Origin: Coleofasciculus sp. B1-GNL1-01
GTDB lineage: Bacteria > Cyanobacteriota > Cyanobacteriia > Cyanobacteriales > Coleofasciculaceae
Reading direction: 5' to 3' (one strand)
Assembly: GCA_040220235.1 (NCBI GenBank)
Contig: JAVJTO010000047.1
DNA length: 64,000 bases
Numbering within the stretch: the first letter of the stretch is position 1; each line of letters opens with the position of its first letter. Shown piece by piece: positions 21,013-31,954 of the stretch. The position numbers were made by a program, and so were the translations under genes. The notes under the pieces are model-generated. The model saw nothing but the letters and a program-made list of their open reading frames with translations, did not search any database and was not told where the DNA came from.

Positions 21013-21813
21013 ATGCCTTCCCCCTTTCCTGGGATGAATCCATACCTGGAAACTCCCCAACTCTGGTCAGAATTCCATAGTCGGCTAATTGTCGCGATCG
21101 CAGATGCCCTCAACCCCCAAATCTTGCTGAAATATAGGGCGGCGGTTGAACGTCGCATCTATGAAATGAGTGATGGAGAGTCTGTCTTAGTCGGAATTCC
21201 CGATGTCAGCGTCACTCAGGGAGTCAATCGTCCCAGCCAAGATGAATTATCCAGCACCATTGGCACACTGACACCACAACCCACGATTGTTACAGTACCA
21301 ATGCCTGAAGAGGTGCGCGAAAGTTACCTGGAAATCCGCGAAATTGAAACAGGGTTAGTTGTCACCGTTATTGAACTCCTCTCTCCCAAAAACAAAAAAG
21401 CGGGTCAAGGGCGCACCGCCTACGAAACCAAGCGCCAAAAGGTTCTACGCAGCCTTGCCCATCTCGTGGAAATTGACTTACTTCCTGGGGGTACACCGAT
21501 GCCCATGGGGGGACAATTTACACCATCCCTTTATCGTATCCTGATTAGTCAGGCTGATCAGCGTCCTCGTGCTAATTTATATTCTTTATCCTTGCAAACT
21601 CCAATTCCTATTTTGAAAATCCCTCTTCGTCGAGGCGAGAATGAACCGACACTAGATTTACAACGTTTAATTCACGAGGTATACGATCGCGCGGGTTTTG
21701 CCTTTGTCATTGACTATAATCGCCAGCTTTCCCCGCGTCTTACTCAAGCCGATCAAACTTGGTTGACGGAACATCTAAAATCCCAGGATTTGCTCAACTT
21801 ATCGGATTCCTAA
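21013..21813 (+). CDS. DUF4058 family protein
   Basis: MPSPFPGMNPYLE N-terminus, IPDV, IELLSPKNK, HLVEIDLL. Confidence 0.88.
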   Translation: MPSPFPGMNPYLETPQLWSEFHSRLIVAIADALNPQILLKYRAAVERRIYEMSDGESVLVGIPDVSVTQGVNRPSQDELSSTIGTLTPQPTIVTVPMPEEVRESYLEIREIETGLVVTVIELLSPKNKKAGQGRTAYETKRQKVLRSLAHLVEIDLLPGGTPMPMGGQFTPSLYRILISQADQRPRANLYSLSLQTPIPILKIPLRRGENEPTLDLQRLIHEVYDRAGFAFVIDYNRQLSPRLTQADQTWLTEHLKSQDLLNLSDS

Positions 21814-22064
21814 CGTTTCACAGGAAGCCTAGAAACCTGCGTCGGGGCGGATTTAGTTAAAGAAAGGGTGCAACCGAAAAGATAGTTGTAGAGACGTTGC
21901 ATGCAACGTCTCTACTAAAAAGATGAATGATACCAAATCCAGGTTAATTACCCCCCTTATAACCCAGTCCGCGCAGGCGGACTTTGTTTGTGTAGCAGCG
22001 ATTTCAATCGCCATGGCAAAACAATCGCCATGGCAAAAGGGGATTCTTATTCAGCAAATCCTAA

Positions 22065-23108
22065 TTAACCCGATACACCAACCACTTCACCCGTCCCTTC
22101 AACCACTTCCCCAATCCGATAAGCTGTGACGCCTTGAGATTCAAACCAACGACAGGTTTTTTCGGCTTGAACAGATGACACCAACACCACAAACCCAATC
22201 CCCATATTGAATGTATTAAACATCTCCTCCAGACTCACTTGACCCGCCTCAGCGAGCCATTGAAAAATAGGTAAAATTTCCCAACTATTCGGCTCAATCA
22301 GCACCGATTGCCCTTGACCTAAACACCGAGGTAAATTCTCTGGTAAACCGCCACCTGTAATGTGAGCCATTCCATGAATTTCAATCCCAGCTTGTAGCGC
22401 ATCCAGAATCGGTTTCACGTAAATTTGAGTCGGCGTCAGCAACACGTCTCCTAAACGTTGACCTCCCAGTAAATCGAGACAGCTATCCCAACTTAACGGC
22501 GATTCCTGGTTAACTGAATCGCTAACAATTTTGCGGACTAAACTAAACCCATTACTGTGAACCCCCTGACTGGCTAAACCAATCGCCACATCTCCCAATT
22601 GCACCTGGGAACCGTCTAAAATTTCGCTTTTTTCCACCATTCCCACACAAAAGCCAGCAATGTCATACTCTCCCGGTTGATAAAAACCAGGCATTTCTGC
22701 GGTTTCTCCTCCCAACAACGCGCAGCCAGCCTGACGACATCCCTGAGCAATACCTGCTACCACCTGCGTGAGTTGCGCTTGATTCAGCTTTCCTGTGGCT
22801 AAATAGTCCAAAAAAAATAGGGGTTGTGCGCCAGATGTCAAGACATCGTTGACACACATGGCAACTAAGTCAATTCCCACAGTGTCGTGACGATTTAACT
22901 CATGAGCCAGTTTCAGCTTTGTCCCCACTCCATCGGTTCCCGATACTAAAACGGGTTCGCGATATCCCATCGGTAACTGGAAGCAACCATTAAAGCCACC
23001 GAGTCCACCTAAAACTTCGGGTCGATGGGTGCTTTGGACTAGCCCTCTAATTTGCTGTACAAACGCTCGACCTGCTTCGATATCAACACCAGCTTCTCGA
23101 TAATCCAT
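22065..23108 (-). CDS. purM: Phosphoribosylformylglycinamidine cyclo-ligase (AIR synthetase)
   Basis: [46 protein letters not shown]. Confidence 0.97.
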   Translation of the reverse strand: MDYREAGVDIEAGRAFVQQIRGLVQSTHRPEVLGGLGGFNGCFQLPMGYREPVLVSGTDGVGTKLKLAHELNRHDTVGIDLVAMCVNDVLTSGAQPLFFLDYLATGKLNQAQLTQVVAGIAQGCRQAGCALLGGETAEMPGFYQPGEYDIAGFCVGMVEKSEILDGSQVQLGDVAIGLASQGVHSNGFSLVRKIVSDSVNQESPLSWDSCLDLLGGQRLGDVLLTPTQIYVKPILDALQAGIEIHGMAHITGGGLPENLPRCLGQGQSVLIEPNSWEILPIFQWLAEAGQVSLEEMFNTFNMGIGFVVLVSSVQAEKTCRWFESQGVTAYRIGEVVEGTGEVVGVSG

Positions 23109-23143
23109 GAAATATCACTAGGAATGAAAGAATTTTTCCAAAT

Positions 23144-23273
23144 GTAGGGGCGGATTTCACTATTATCATTTTTTTATGCCCCGATGTGACTCAACCCGTT
23201 CCCACCGAGGAATGTAGGGGCGGGTTTCACTATTATCGTTTTTTTGCCACCTTGATGTGAATCAACCCGCCCC
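23144..23273. repeat. Two tandem GTAG REP-like palindromes
   Basis: GTAGGGGCGG(A/G)TTTCACTATTATC... at 23144 and 23214. Confidence 0.8.
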
Positions 23274-23716
23274 AACCAAAGTTGCGAGGGTGTCCTTTGT
23301 TTTCCTCCCTCGGATATTTTACAGGTTGATCCCGGCAAAGCCTAGAGTAAAAGCACGACATCGCGGAGGAGCAGAGGAGCTTGATGGAAAACCTTCGCCG
23401 CGACGGTCGAGGTTTGTTGCCTCTATTGTAAAGTTTTGTTAAGAATCTCGTAAATTCCCTGAGAGGTGTAAAAGCGGGAAATCCTTGCCAGATTAAGCTT
23501 TAGAGCAAATTACATGATATCGCACTTTTGAAAATCTTATCGCTGATTCCCAAAAATCACTGATCCCCAAACCCAAAACTTCGTGTTAGTCTGTGTCAGT
23601 TCCACAAAAATAGGACGAAATCGATGAGTATGAGTTGCAGCAGATTTTTCTTAATTCTCTTGCATCACCACCCATAACCCTAAACGTAGAATTCCAGAGG
23701 CTTTTGATATAGGCTT

Positions 23717-24838
23717 ATGAATCAGCGAATTTTGAGTGGTCTCACTGTTACCGTCTTAACCACAGCCCTCAGCACAGTGATATCCAATCCGGCTAACCAA
23801 GCTCAGGCAGTTGATCAAGGTTCTGAGGGCAACTTGACTCCCGCTCAAGCGCTACACTCTCGGCAAACAACTCCCTCAACCTCCTCTCAACCAACTCCTC
23901 AGCCACCAGAGGTGGTAAAAGTGGGAGAATTTCAATCCCCAACGGCTCAAGTTGGGGAAGCAGAAGAAATCATTGCTAAAATTCATGCCTATTCACTCGA
24001 TGGGCGTCAGGCGGCTACTCTTTATGTACGCGACATCCCTGTCCTGACGTTCTTAGGTTCTCCTGCAACTGCAAATAATGTTACCAAAGTGGGAGAAGTG
24101 GCTCTGGGAAATGACTCCGAACCCGGGTATTCCTCATCGAAAACGGTGTCTGACTATCAATCCTCAGAGGTAGACCAACTGGACAATACCGCCTCGCCTA
24201 GTGTCACCTCGACCAGTAATGGCAATCCAGATGATGCCGTAGGGCGGGCGACAGCGGTTGCGGCTCAACTCAATCAACTGCATCGGGATAATATTGATGC
24301 AGAGGCGATCGCTGTTCGTTGGAATGAGTCGTGTAACTGCTACAGCATCAAGGTAAACGACCAGGAGTTGGTGCAAGTTAACGACAACACTATCCTGCCC
24401 GATACCACCGAAAACCTAACCGAAGATGCCCGACAAGCCACGAACCGACTGCGACGCTTGATGGGTAATGCTCCCCCCATACGCGAAATTGAGGGCAAAC
24501 CCAAAGCCCAGACAATCGCCCAAGTCGCCCTGGGTCCTGTACGTTTCCAGGTTAAGGGTATTGCCTCCTGGTATGGTCCTGGCTTTCACGGAAACCGCAG
24601 CGCCAGTGGTGAGCGATTTAATCAAAATGCCCTAACCGCCGCTCATCGCAGCTTACCCTTTGGTACTAACGTGCGGGTCACCAACTTAAATAATGGTCGC
24701 TCCGTTATCGTGCGGATTAATGACCGAGGACCCTATACCAGAGGGCGAGTCATTGACCTTTCCGCCGCCGCCGCCAGAGTCCTAGGATTGATTAGGACGG
24801 GTGTGGCACCTGTACGGATTGAGGTTTTAGATAACTAG
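23717..24838 (+). CDS. rlpA: Septal ring lytic transglycosylase RlpA family protein
   Basis: GIASWYGPGFHG, TAAHRSLPFGT, RINDRGPY and IDLS (DPBB domain). Confidence 0.92.
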   Translation: MNQRILSGLTVTVLTTALSTVISNPANQAQAVDQGSEGNLTPAQALHSRQTTPSTSSQPTPQPPEVVKVGEFQSPTAQVGEAEEIIAKIHAYSLDGRQAATLYVRDIPVLTFLGSPATANNVTKVGEVALGNDSEPGYSSSKTVSDYQSSEVDQLDNTASPSVTSTSNGNPDDAVGRATAVAAQLNQLHRDNIDAEAIAVRWNESCNCYSIKVNDQELVQVNDNTILPDTTENLTEDARQATNRLRRLMGNAPPIREIEGKPKAQTIAQVALGPVRFQVKGIASWYGPGFHGNRSASGERFNQNALTAAHRSLPFGTNVRVTNLNNGRSVIVRINDRGPYTRGRVIDLSAAAARVLGLIRTGVAPVRIEVLDN

Positions 24839-25115
24839 CTAGGAAATAGTTTTGAGTGTGTAGGGGCGGGTTTAGGAACTTGATGCGTGGTTATTGATGG
24901 TAACGTTTCTGCAAAACCCGTCCTGACCGATCCTTCGCTTCCCTAGTCGGACAAGGTGTGAAGAATCACAACCTTCGAGGGAACCTGGCGCGTGAATGTT
25001 CCAGACGTGCCATGGCGCGTTTGAGAGGAGAGGGCGACCCGACCCAATTGAGTGAACTGGAGTTGTTCATTAGTGCAAGCGGGTCGCCCCTACAAAGTTC
25101 ATGAATTCTTGGACG

Positions 25116-25143
25116 AATGACCAATGACCAATGACCAATGACA
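25116..25143. repeat. Heptamer tandem repeat (AATGACC/AATGACG, STRR-like)
   Basis: Same class also at about 35905-35940, 37970-38007 and 39760-39795. Confidence 0.8.
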
Positions 25144-25184
25144 AAATTGCTAACATCGATCTAAGATCCAACCACTAAACTCTC

Positions 25185-26747
25185 ATGCGTCTGTTTACGA
25201 CAATCGCGGGATTGCGCTGCCACTTAGAACGTCATCGAACCCAAAAAACCGTCGGTTTAGTACCGACGATGGGGGCGTTGCACCCCGGTCACTTGAGCTT
25301 AATCGAGCGGGCGAGACGCGAAAATGCTATTGTCGTTGTCAGCATTTTTGTCAATCCACTCCAGTTTGGACCTGGGGAAGATTTGCAGCAATACCCGCGT
25401 CAGTTGGAGGAGGATCAACGCTTTTGTGAACAAGCGGGAGTTGATGTGATTTTTGCACCCACAGCCGTGGAGTTGTATGGTGATGACCCATCGGATTCAG
25501 ACATCCCGACGGAGTTCACTCAAGTTATGCCCCCACCAGCGATGACTTCTATATTATGTGGTCATTCCCGTCCGGGTCATTTTCAGGGAGTGGCGACTGT
25601 AGTCACGAAGTTATTAAATCTCGTTCAACCCGATCGCGCTTATTTTGGTCAAAAGGATGCTCAACAATTGGCGATTATTCGCCGCTTGGTCGCGGATCTA
25701 AATTTGCCTGTCACTATCGTATCTTGTCCGATCGCCCGTGAGCCATCGGGACTTGCCTATAGTTCTCGCAATCAGTATTTGACATCAGCACAAAAGGCAC
25801 AAGCTCCGATTCTCTACAAGGGTTTACAAAATGCCCAAAATGTGTTCCAAGCTGGGGAGCGCGATCGCACCTCCTTAATTGCCGCCGTTACCTCAGAACT
25901 CAGCTGGATAGAGGAGATTCAAGTTGAGTACATCGAATTAGTGCATCCCACTACTCTGACTCCCCTAGAACAAGTAGAAGATCAAGGATTACTCGCGATC
26001 GCGGCTCGTCTGGGTTCAACTCGTTTAATTGATAATATTCTGCTGCGAAATCGCCGACCGATTATTGCTATTGATGGACCGGCGGGAGCGGGGAAATCGA
26101 CGGTGACTCGGTTAGTGGCGCAGCAATTAGGCTTAATGTATCTGGATACGGGAGCCATGTATCGGGCGGTGACGTGGCGAGTGCTGCAAGCCGGAATTGA
26201 TTTCACCGATGAACCTGCGATCGCGGAATTGGTGAGTCAATGTCAAATTTCCTTAATCAGTAGTGGTTCCCAACCCCAAAGTTTGAGGGTGTGGATTGAT
26301 GGCAAAGAAGTCACCCAAGCGATTCGCTCCTTAGAGGTTACCGCCAATGTTTCTGCGATCGCGGCGCTCCCGGTTGTACGTCACGAATTAGTCAAACAGC
26401 AGCAGCGCTGGGCGTCTAAAGGTGGCGTTGTCGCTGAAGGGCGAGATATCGGGACTCATGTTTTCCCCGATGCTGAACTGAAAATTTTTCTCACCGCCTC
26501 AGTTCAAGAACGGGCACGCCGACGCCTGCAAGATCTCCAAGACGAAGACCAAGGTACTGTTAGTTTAGAACAGCTAGAGGCGGATATTCAACTGCGAGAT
26601 CAGCGTGACAGCACTCGCACCTTAGCCCCCCTGCGCCAAGCTGCTGACGCGATCGAAATTAATACGGATGGATTAACAATTCCTGAGGTTACCGATAGAA
26701 TCATTAGTGAATACCACACAAAAGGATTATTGTCAACTAACGAATAA
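25185..26747 (+). CDS. panC/cmk: Bifunctional pantoate-beta-alanine ligase / cytidylate kinase
   Basis: VPTMGALHPGH, FGQKDAQQ and SSRN (PanC); IAIDGPAGAGKST, DTGAMYR and EGRDIG (Cmk). Confidence 0.96.
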   Translation: MRLFTTIAGLRCHLERHRTQKTVGLVPTMGALHPGHLSLIERARRENAIVVVSIFVNPLQFGPGEDLQQYPRQLEEDQRFCEQAGVDVIFAPTAVELYGDDPSDSDIPTEFTQVMPPPAMTSILCGHSRPGHFQGVATVVTKLLNLVQPDRAYFGQKDAQQLAIIRRLVADLNLPVTIVSCPIAREPSGLAYSSRNQYLTSAQKAQAPILYKGLQNAQNVFQAGERDRTSLIAAVTSELSWIEEIQVEYIELVHPTTLTPLEQVEDQGLLAIAARLGSTRLIDNILLRNRRPIIAIDGPAGAGKSTVTRLVAQQLGLMYLDTGAMYRAVTWRVLQAGIDFTDEPAIAELVSQCQISLISSGSQPQSLRVWIDGKEVTQAIRSLEVTANVSAIAALPVVRHELVKQQQRWASKGGVVAEGRDIGTHVFPDAELKIFLTASVQERARRRLQDLQDEDQGTVSLEQLEADIQLRDQRDSTRTLAPLRQAADAIEINTDGLTIPEVTDRIISEYHTKGLLSTNE

Positions 26748-27122
26748 AAGCTTGCCTAAAAGCATTACCCTTCTACCTTCTGCTACACCTCCCACTAAAA
26801 AAAAACTAATCCTTTATCCCGGATATACTGCCATTTGCGTCGTAACTAACAAAAGAATCATTAACACTAAGGCGGATTTCGGTATCCAGTTGCCCTACAG
26901 CGAACTGAATATCCCCCGAAATGGTTGCGTTTAACGATTGAGACGCAGGGTTTAGCATCAGAATTCATCAAGCGGGTTGATCTACGCTTAGACATTTATG
27001 TCTGGCGATAGATTAACCCGCCGCTTGGATTATTCTGCAACAAGAATGATCCAAACATTGCTGATCGGCTAAACAACCATGACGCGCCGCCTGTGTATTT
27101 AGAGGAGTGAAGGAGACGTAAG

Positions 27123-28025
27123 GTGGCAAACCCTTGTCAGTTAGTTTGGCAGTACAAATTATTCATTAGTTTAACCGCTGCCACACTTGGTTTTATTGCA
27201 AGTTTGAGTGTATCGGTTGCTCGTTCAGTTAACCCAAAGCTAGCGATTCCTAGTCCAAAGCTGAACCAACAAGAACGCTCTAATTCCCAGAGTTTACAAA
27301 TCAAGGGTTTAATTGGAGAGGAACAAGAAATCTATGAAAAAATGTTGGCTCACTTGGCAGAGGAAGAAGCCAAACGCTTAACTTTTTCTGTGCCAGTAGA
27401 ATTTCAAGGCAAAACCATTCATTCTCGTGTCCTTAAGGATAAGGCTAAAGTAATTGCCCTCACGTTTGATGATGGACCTTCATCGCAGACAACTCCCCAA
27501 GTTTTAGACATTCTCAAACGAGAAAATATCAAAGCCACCTTTTTTGTTGTCGGTAAGACAGTTAAGAATCATCCCCAGCTTATGAAACAAATTGTGACTG
27601 AAGGTCATGCCATTGGTAACCATACTTGGAATCATCACTATCATCAGTACAGTCCATCGGCGGCAGCGCATGAACTGGAGACAACCGCCACTTTAATTCA
27701 TCAACTCACTGGTGTCAAAACGGCGTTATTCAGACCGCCTGCTGGGATTTTAAATAACGGCTTAGTGAGCTATGCTCACCAAAAAAAGTATGCCGTCATT
27801 ATGTGGTCAGCCGATACAAAAGATTGGCAAAGTCGCCGGATTACTGTGCCAAAATTAATCAATAACGCCCTTGAAGACGCGCAACCGGGTGGTATTATTT
27901 TATTACACGATGGCGGGGGCGATCGCTCTAAAACAGTGGCAGCTTTACCGAAGTTGATTACTGAACTTAAACAGCGCGGTTATCAATTTGTAACCGTGCC
28001 AGAATTATTGGATATGCCAGATTAA
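27123..28025 (+). CDS. Polysaccharide deacetylase (NodB/CE4)
   Basis: ALTFDDGP, GNHTWNH, FRPPAG, ILLHDGGG. Confidence 0.92.
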   Translation: MANPCQLVWQYKLFISLTAATLGFIASLSVSVARSVNPKLAIPSPKLNQQERSNSQSLQIKGLIGEEQEIYEKMLAHLAEEEAKRLTFSVPVEFQGKTIHSRVLKDKAKVIALTFDDGPSSQTTPQVLDILKRENIKATFFVVGKTVKNHPQLMKQIVTEGHAIGNHTWNHHYHQYSPSAAAHELETTATLIHQLTGVKTALFRPPAGILNNGLVSYAHQKKYAVIMWSADTKDWQSRRITVPKLINNALEDAQPGGIILLHDGGGDRSKTVAALPKLITELKQRGYQFVTVPELLDMPD

Positions 28026-28032
28026 TACTAAT

Positions 28033-28271
28033 AGGATTTACTCAAAGAATTTACAGCTCTTTGCGCTGTAATAAAGTACAGTAGATCAAAGTCCCCCTTC
28101 AGATCCCCCTCCCGTTCCCCTTCAAAAGGGGGAAGCCAAAGGATGCTTCGCTTTTTTTGCACGGGGATTTAGGGGGATCGACAATGTACCGCATAGCAGA
28201 GCAAACTGCTGTATATGTAGGGTGTGTTAGCGTAGCGTAACGCACCTTAACTAAGTGGCTGCGTAAGTCCT
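28033..28271. mobile_element. Nested MITE-like elements
   Basis: Outer ends AGGATTTACTCA / TGCGTAAGTCCT; inner element TACAGC...GCTGTA (28052-28213); GTAG palindrome at about 28217. Confidence 0.5.
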
Positions 28272-28700
28272 GATTAAGTATTTAATTGAGTATATATCAC
28301 CTTGGGTTATCCCGTAGGGGCGACCCGCTTACACCAATTCACAACGGTCGAAAACTCCCACTCCTCTAGTTAAAGTTACCCCATCACCCAATTAAATCTG
28401 GTGCGTTACGGCTTACTTATGTTCTGAATTAATAACTGTTAATCCAAAAATTTGCCTAACGCACCCTACGAGTATAACCAATGGTATTATTTTAGCGGTA
28501 TCCTCTACATGACTAAGTCGCGTTCTAAGCTGTCATACATTGAAATACAAAGGACAAATGACAAATGACGAATGACAAGCGGCTTTTGTGAAGAGTTTGT
28601 GAACACAAAATTATTTCTAGGTAGATTTAGCATAATGGGTAAAGAAATGTAAACAACTAGCACCTAAAAGCAGTGCCACTCATAGCAAGGGAGTTGAGAA

Positions 28701-29144
28701 ATGGAATTCTTCCATAAAATTCACCAGGTCATTCGAGCCAATTTTAACGAGAAGATTCAACCGGAGCAAAATTCCGAAACTGTAGGGTTGACATTTTCTT
28801 CTCGTGAGTGCTTAAAAGATTACCAAACAATTGCCGAAATAGCTAGAACCCAACGTGATGGACAGCAAGAAACAGTGGAGATAATAAACCGCAGTCTAGT
28901 AACCTTAGAAAAAAAACATGCTGCGGGAAAAAACCTAGAGTATCGGTTATTCGATAGCACTCACTTCAGCCAATTCCCGTTTTATGAGGATCAAGAGACT
29001 ATCAACATACCCGATAATGTTCCTCAATTCCAGGAGTCTGCCTGGAAGGAGATAGAAGGGTTATTTATTTCCTTAACATCCTCTAGCGAGATGGATAATG
29101 AATGGCTAACCCTGGAAGAATTAGCTTCAAAAATCTCTGTTTGA
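28701..29144 (+). CDS. Hypothetical protein with PspA/Vipp1-like N-terminal helix
   Basis: MEFFHKIHQVIRANFNE resembles the PspA/IM30 N-terminus; GGGAG RBS. Confidence 0.5.
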   Translation: MEFFHKIHQVIRANFNEKIQPEQNSETVGLTFSSRECLKDYQTIAEIARTQRDGQQETVEIINRSLVTLEKKHAAGKNLEYRLFDSTHFSQFPFYEDQETINIPDNVPQFQESAWKEIEGLFISLTSSSEMDNEWLTLEELASKISV

Positions 29145-29299
29145 TTCAGACAGCCGGAATTGACTGTGATACCAACTTCATAAGTATGGCATCACCTTGC
29201 TCAGGGAAAATGTACCCTTGCTCCCCCAGCTCCCAGACGTAGCATGCTACGTCTCTACACCGCTTCCCCAGCTTCCCCAGCTCCCCCTCACCACAACAC

Positions 29300-31798
29300 T
29301 TATTCAGCAGCCCCTAATTCCTGAGTACAGAATGTAGAATCCAGATAGGGTCGCAGTGGGACTAATCCGGTTTTAGACAATAAACATTGCGCCTGTTCAG
29401 TTCTGAGAATTTCAGCAAACTTTGTGCCAATGGGGGGACGGCTATTATCTCTTGGATAAATAACAGCTAAGGGATAAGCTAAGGGATAGGTTTGGCTAAT
29501 AAATGCCTCCACATTAGCACCATAACTCCCTTTAGCATTACATAAATCTGTGTTCGGAGTAATTGGTTGTCGGTTATCTTGTACTAAGGGTGAAACCGGA
29601 TCATTTTCTCCGTCCACGATGGCTAGGGGATAGACTGAACATTGTCCTAACACTTTACTCAAAGAATCAAATCCGATCGCGCCAATGTCTCGCCCCTCAA
29701 AATCCCGAATGACTTGTCGCAGTGTCTCAAAGGTTTGGGTGCGGATAATTGGCGGACGACCTAAGTTGGCAAATGATCGACTCGGTTGGTTACTTTGTTG
29801 CAGAAGTGCTTCAAATTCGGCAATATTACTTGTATTCGTATCCTCTCGCAGAACCCGCTGCTTAAACAGTTCAATGGCTTGATCACTGGGGGGAACATAG
29901 AGTTGAACGGGGAGATTAGGTCCTCCTAATTCTTGCCAATTGGTAATTTCTCCGGTGTAGAGTAAGCGTAATTGCTCAAAGCTAATTTGCCCCTTTAAGG
30001 CGGCGGGTAAGCTGTTTTCCCGTTGTGCATAACTGAAAGCGACAAAGACAACTAAGCCATCATGCGCCACTTCTTCTGTGTCTAAGGTAAATCCTAGGGG
30101 ATTCAGGGGAGTCGCGATCGCAAACTCCGCCTCCTCCTCCCGAACCTGGGCGATCGCGTCTGTCCAAGAGGGTACAGGTTGATAGTTTAACTCTAATTTC
30201 GGTTGACGCTGGTATAATTCACCTGCCAAGGTGGTATCCTTAGCAATTAAATTGGGTTGCTCTAGGATATAATCCCACGCTCCGTATTCTTCTGCTGTAT
30301 AAGTAAATGTTCCTGTGGGAATCCCGGATACCTGTTCAATACAGCAGGGAAATGGGTCGGTGTCCATCGCGGTTTGGGGTTGATTTCTGCCGAATAGCCA
30401 CCAGATTAATAGTCCCAATAACAGGAGTAGCCAAAGTAGCAAAAATAACCGAGGACGCCACCATCGCCGTTTCTTTTTCTTCGCCTCGGCTTCGGCTTCC
30501 GGTTGGGAGAATGGTGGGATAATTTGCGGTTCAGGGGGCAATTGTAATAAAGCGCGGCGGGCAATTTCTGCGGTTTCAAAGGATGATGTACCAATACCAA
30601 TCAGGGATAAAATATAGTCCTTAAACACGGGTTTAATGAGGGGCCAATGCTTGGTAATCCGGGGATTAAAGGGTTGAAGAGTAACCGGATCATGAGTACC
30701 GCCGTTTAAGAGATAAAATGCCACATACCCCAAGTCTTGTAAATCCTTTTTGGCAGAGATTAAAGGACGTTCGAGTAAGGGCGGATCAAATCGTCCTTCC
30801 CACAAGAGGAGGTCACACAAATAGATAAAAAAGCCTTGGAAACTGGGAACAATCAGTAAACTATCTAAACTGATATTGCCATCGGTGAGTCCCTCTTGGA
30901 CTAAACCCGAAGGGAGACGAAATTTTTGTCCATGGAGAAATTCTAAACTTTGCAACACTTGTTCCAGGATTTGTCGCACCTGATAACTGGTCATCGCCCC
31001 AGTTTCTGCCACGTAACTGGCTAGACTAGGATAGGTATCTAAGATCCCCTGGCTAACTAAATAGCAGCGTTCAAAACGGGGATCTGCGATCGCGTCCCAG
31101 GGAGAGACAAGCCGAAAGTCTTGCATTCGCCCATCAGCTAAGGTGACACCAGCGAGATTGACAAAGGCTTCTTTGCGTAACTGAGTTTCTTGGAAATTAA
31201 AATAGCGATCGGGCAGGAGGTATTCTCGAATCACCACAGGTTGACGAGTCGGGAGTTGCAGGGCTTGATAAAGCCGACCTCGACCCCGATTTTTCAGGAA
31301 GCCTTCAATTTGATAGGTTCCCCGACGTCCGCGAATTTTTGTTTCTGGCGGTAACAGTGTCGGAAACCCACATTGAGTACAATAGTTGGCACCGGGTTGT
31401 TCAAGCAGGGTTTGTTGCACCCATTCACAGTACAAAGGATTTCCCCGAACACAGCGATACTCTGGATAGAGGGACTTTACCCCGGGCGGAACGACGACTT
31501 CTGTCACCACGCCACCTTCGGCTTCGGCTTCTAATCCTTCACCGGGTTTCGTTTTACCCGCCATGCGATCTTTGAGTTCATCCAAACTTGGCGCACGCTG
31601 TTTCAGTTCATCTTGCAGAAAGGGAACTAACCAAAGGAAACGCGCCGGGACAAACCGCAGCAGGATTGCCCGCAAGCGACCTGGGATCGTCTTGAAGCGA
31701 TGGAAAACCCGACTCCCTTCAACGCTGCGAAATTGTTGGAATAAACGTCCCAGAAATCCTTTTGGGTTCCCCTTAACCATAATGGCTACTCCTGCCAA
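29300..31798 (-). CDS. Kinase-like (probably pseudokinase) domain + TM + PstS-like substrate-binding domain
   Basis: Cys-rich prefix (CxxCG), kinase-like fold with degenerate loop (DGNISLDSLL), TM helix, VAHDGLVVFV...ITNWQELGGP...YPLAYPL PBP motifs. Confidence 0.75.
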   Translation of the reverse strand: MAGVAIMVKGNPKGFLGRLFQQFRSVEGSRVFHRFKTIPGRLRAILLRFVPARFLWLVPFLQDELKQRAPSLDELKDRMAGKTKPGEGLEAEAEGGVVTEVVVPPGVKSLYPEYRCVRGNPLYCEWVQQTLLEQPGANYCTQCGFPTLLPPETKIRGRRGTYQIEGFLKNRGRGRLYQALQLPTRQPVVIREYLLPDRYFNFQETQLRKEAFVNLAGVTLADGRMQDFRLVSPWDAIADPRFERCYLVSQGILDTYPSLASYVAETGAMTSYQVRQILEQVLQSLEFLHGQKFRLPSGLVQEGLTDGNISLDSLLIVPSFQGFFIYLCDLLLWEGRFDPPLLERPLISAKKDLQDLGYVAFYLLNGGTHDPVTLQPFNPRITKHWPLIKPVFKDYILSLIGIGTSSFETAEIARRALLQLPPEPQIIPPFSQPEAEAEAKKKKRRWWRPRLFLLLWLLLLLGLLIWWLFGRNQPQTAMDTDPFPCCIEQVSGIPTGTFTYTAEEYGAWDYILEQPNLIAKDTTLAGELYQRQPKLELNYQPVPSWTDAIAQVREEEAEFAIATPLNPLGFTLDTEEVAHDGLVVFVAFSYAQRENSLPAALKGQISFEQLRLLYTGEITNWQELGGPNLPVQLYVPPSDQAIELFKQRVLREDTNTSNIAEFEALLQQSNQPSRSFANLGRPPIIRTQTFETLRQVIRDFEGRDIGAIGFDSLSKVLGQCSVYPLAIVDGENDPVSPLVQDNRQPITPNTDLCNAKGSYGANVEAFISQTYPLAYPLAVIYPRDNSRPPIGTKFAEILRTEQAQCLLSKTGLVPLRPYLDSTFCTQELGAAE

Positions 31799-31954
31799 GC
31801 TGTGTTTCGCGGTGTACTGCTATCCTGCCATAGCTACGGTGTTACTATAATCAATTGTTTCCCAAAGTGTTGAGAAATTTAACACAAATGGCTTTGACTA
31901 GAGTCGGAAGTCTGCTAGTGTAGCATTATTTGGTCAAGTTAGGAGTTACCGGGA

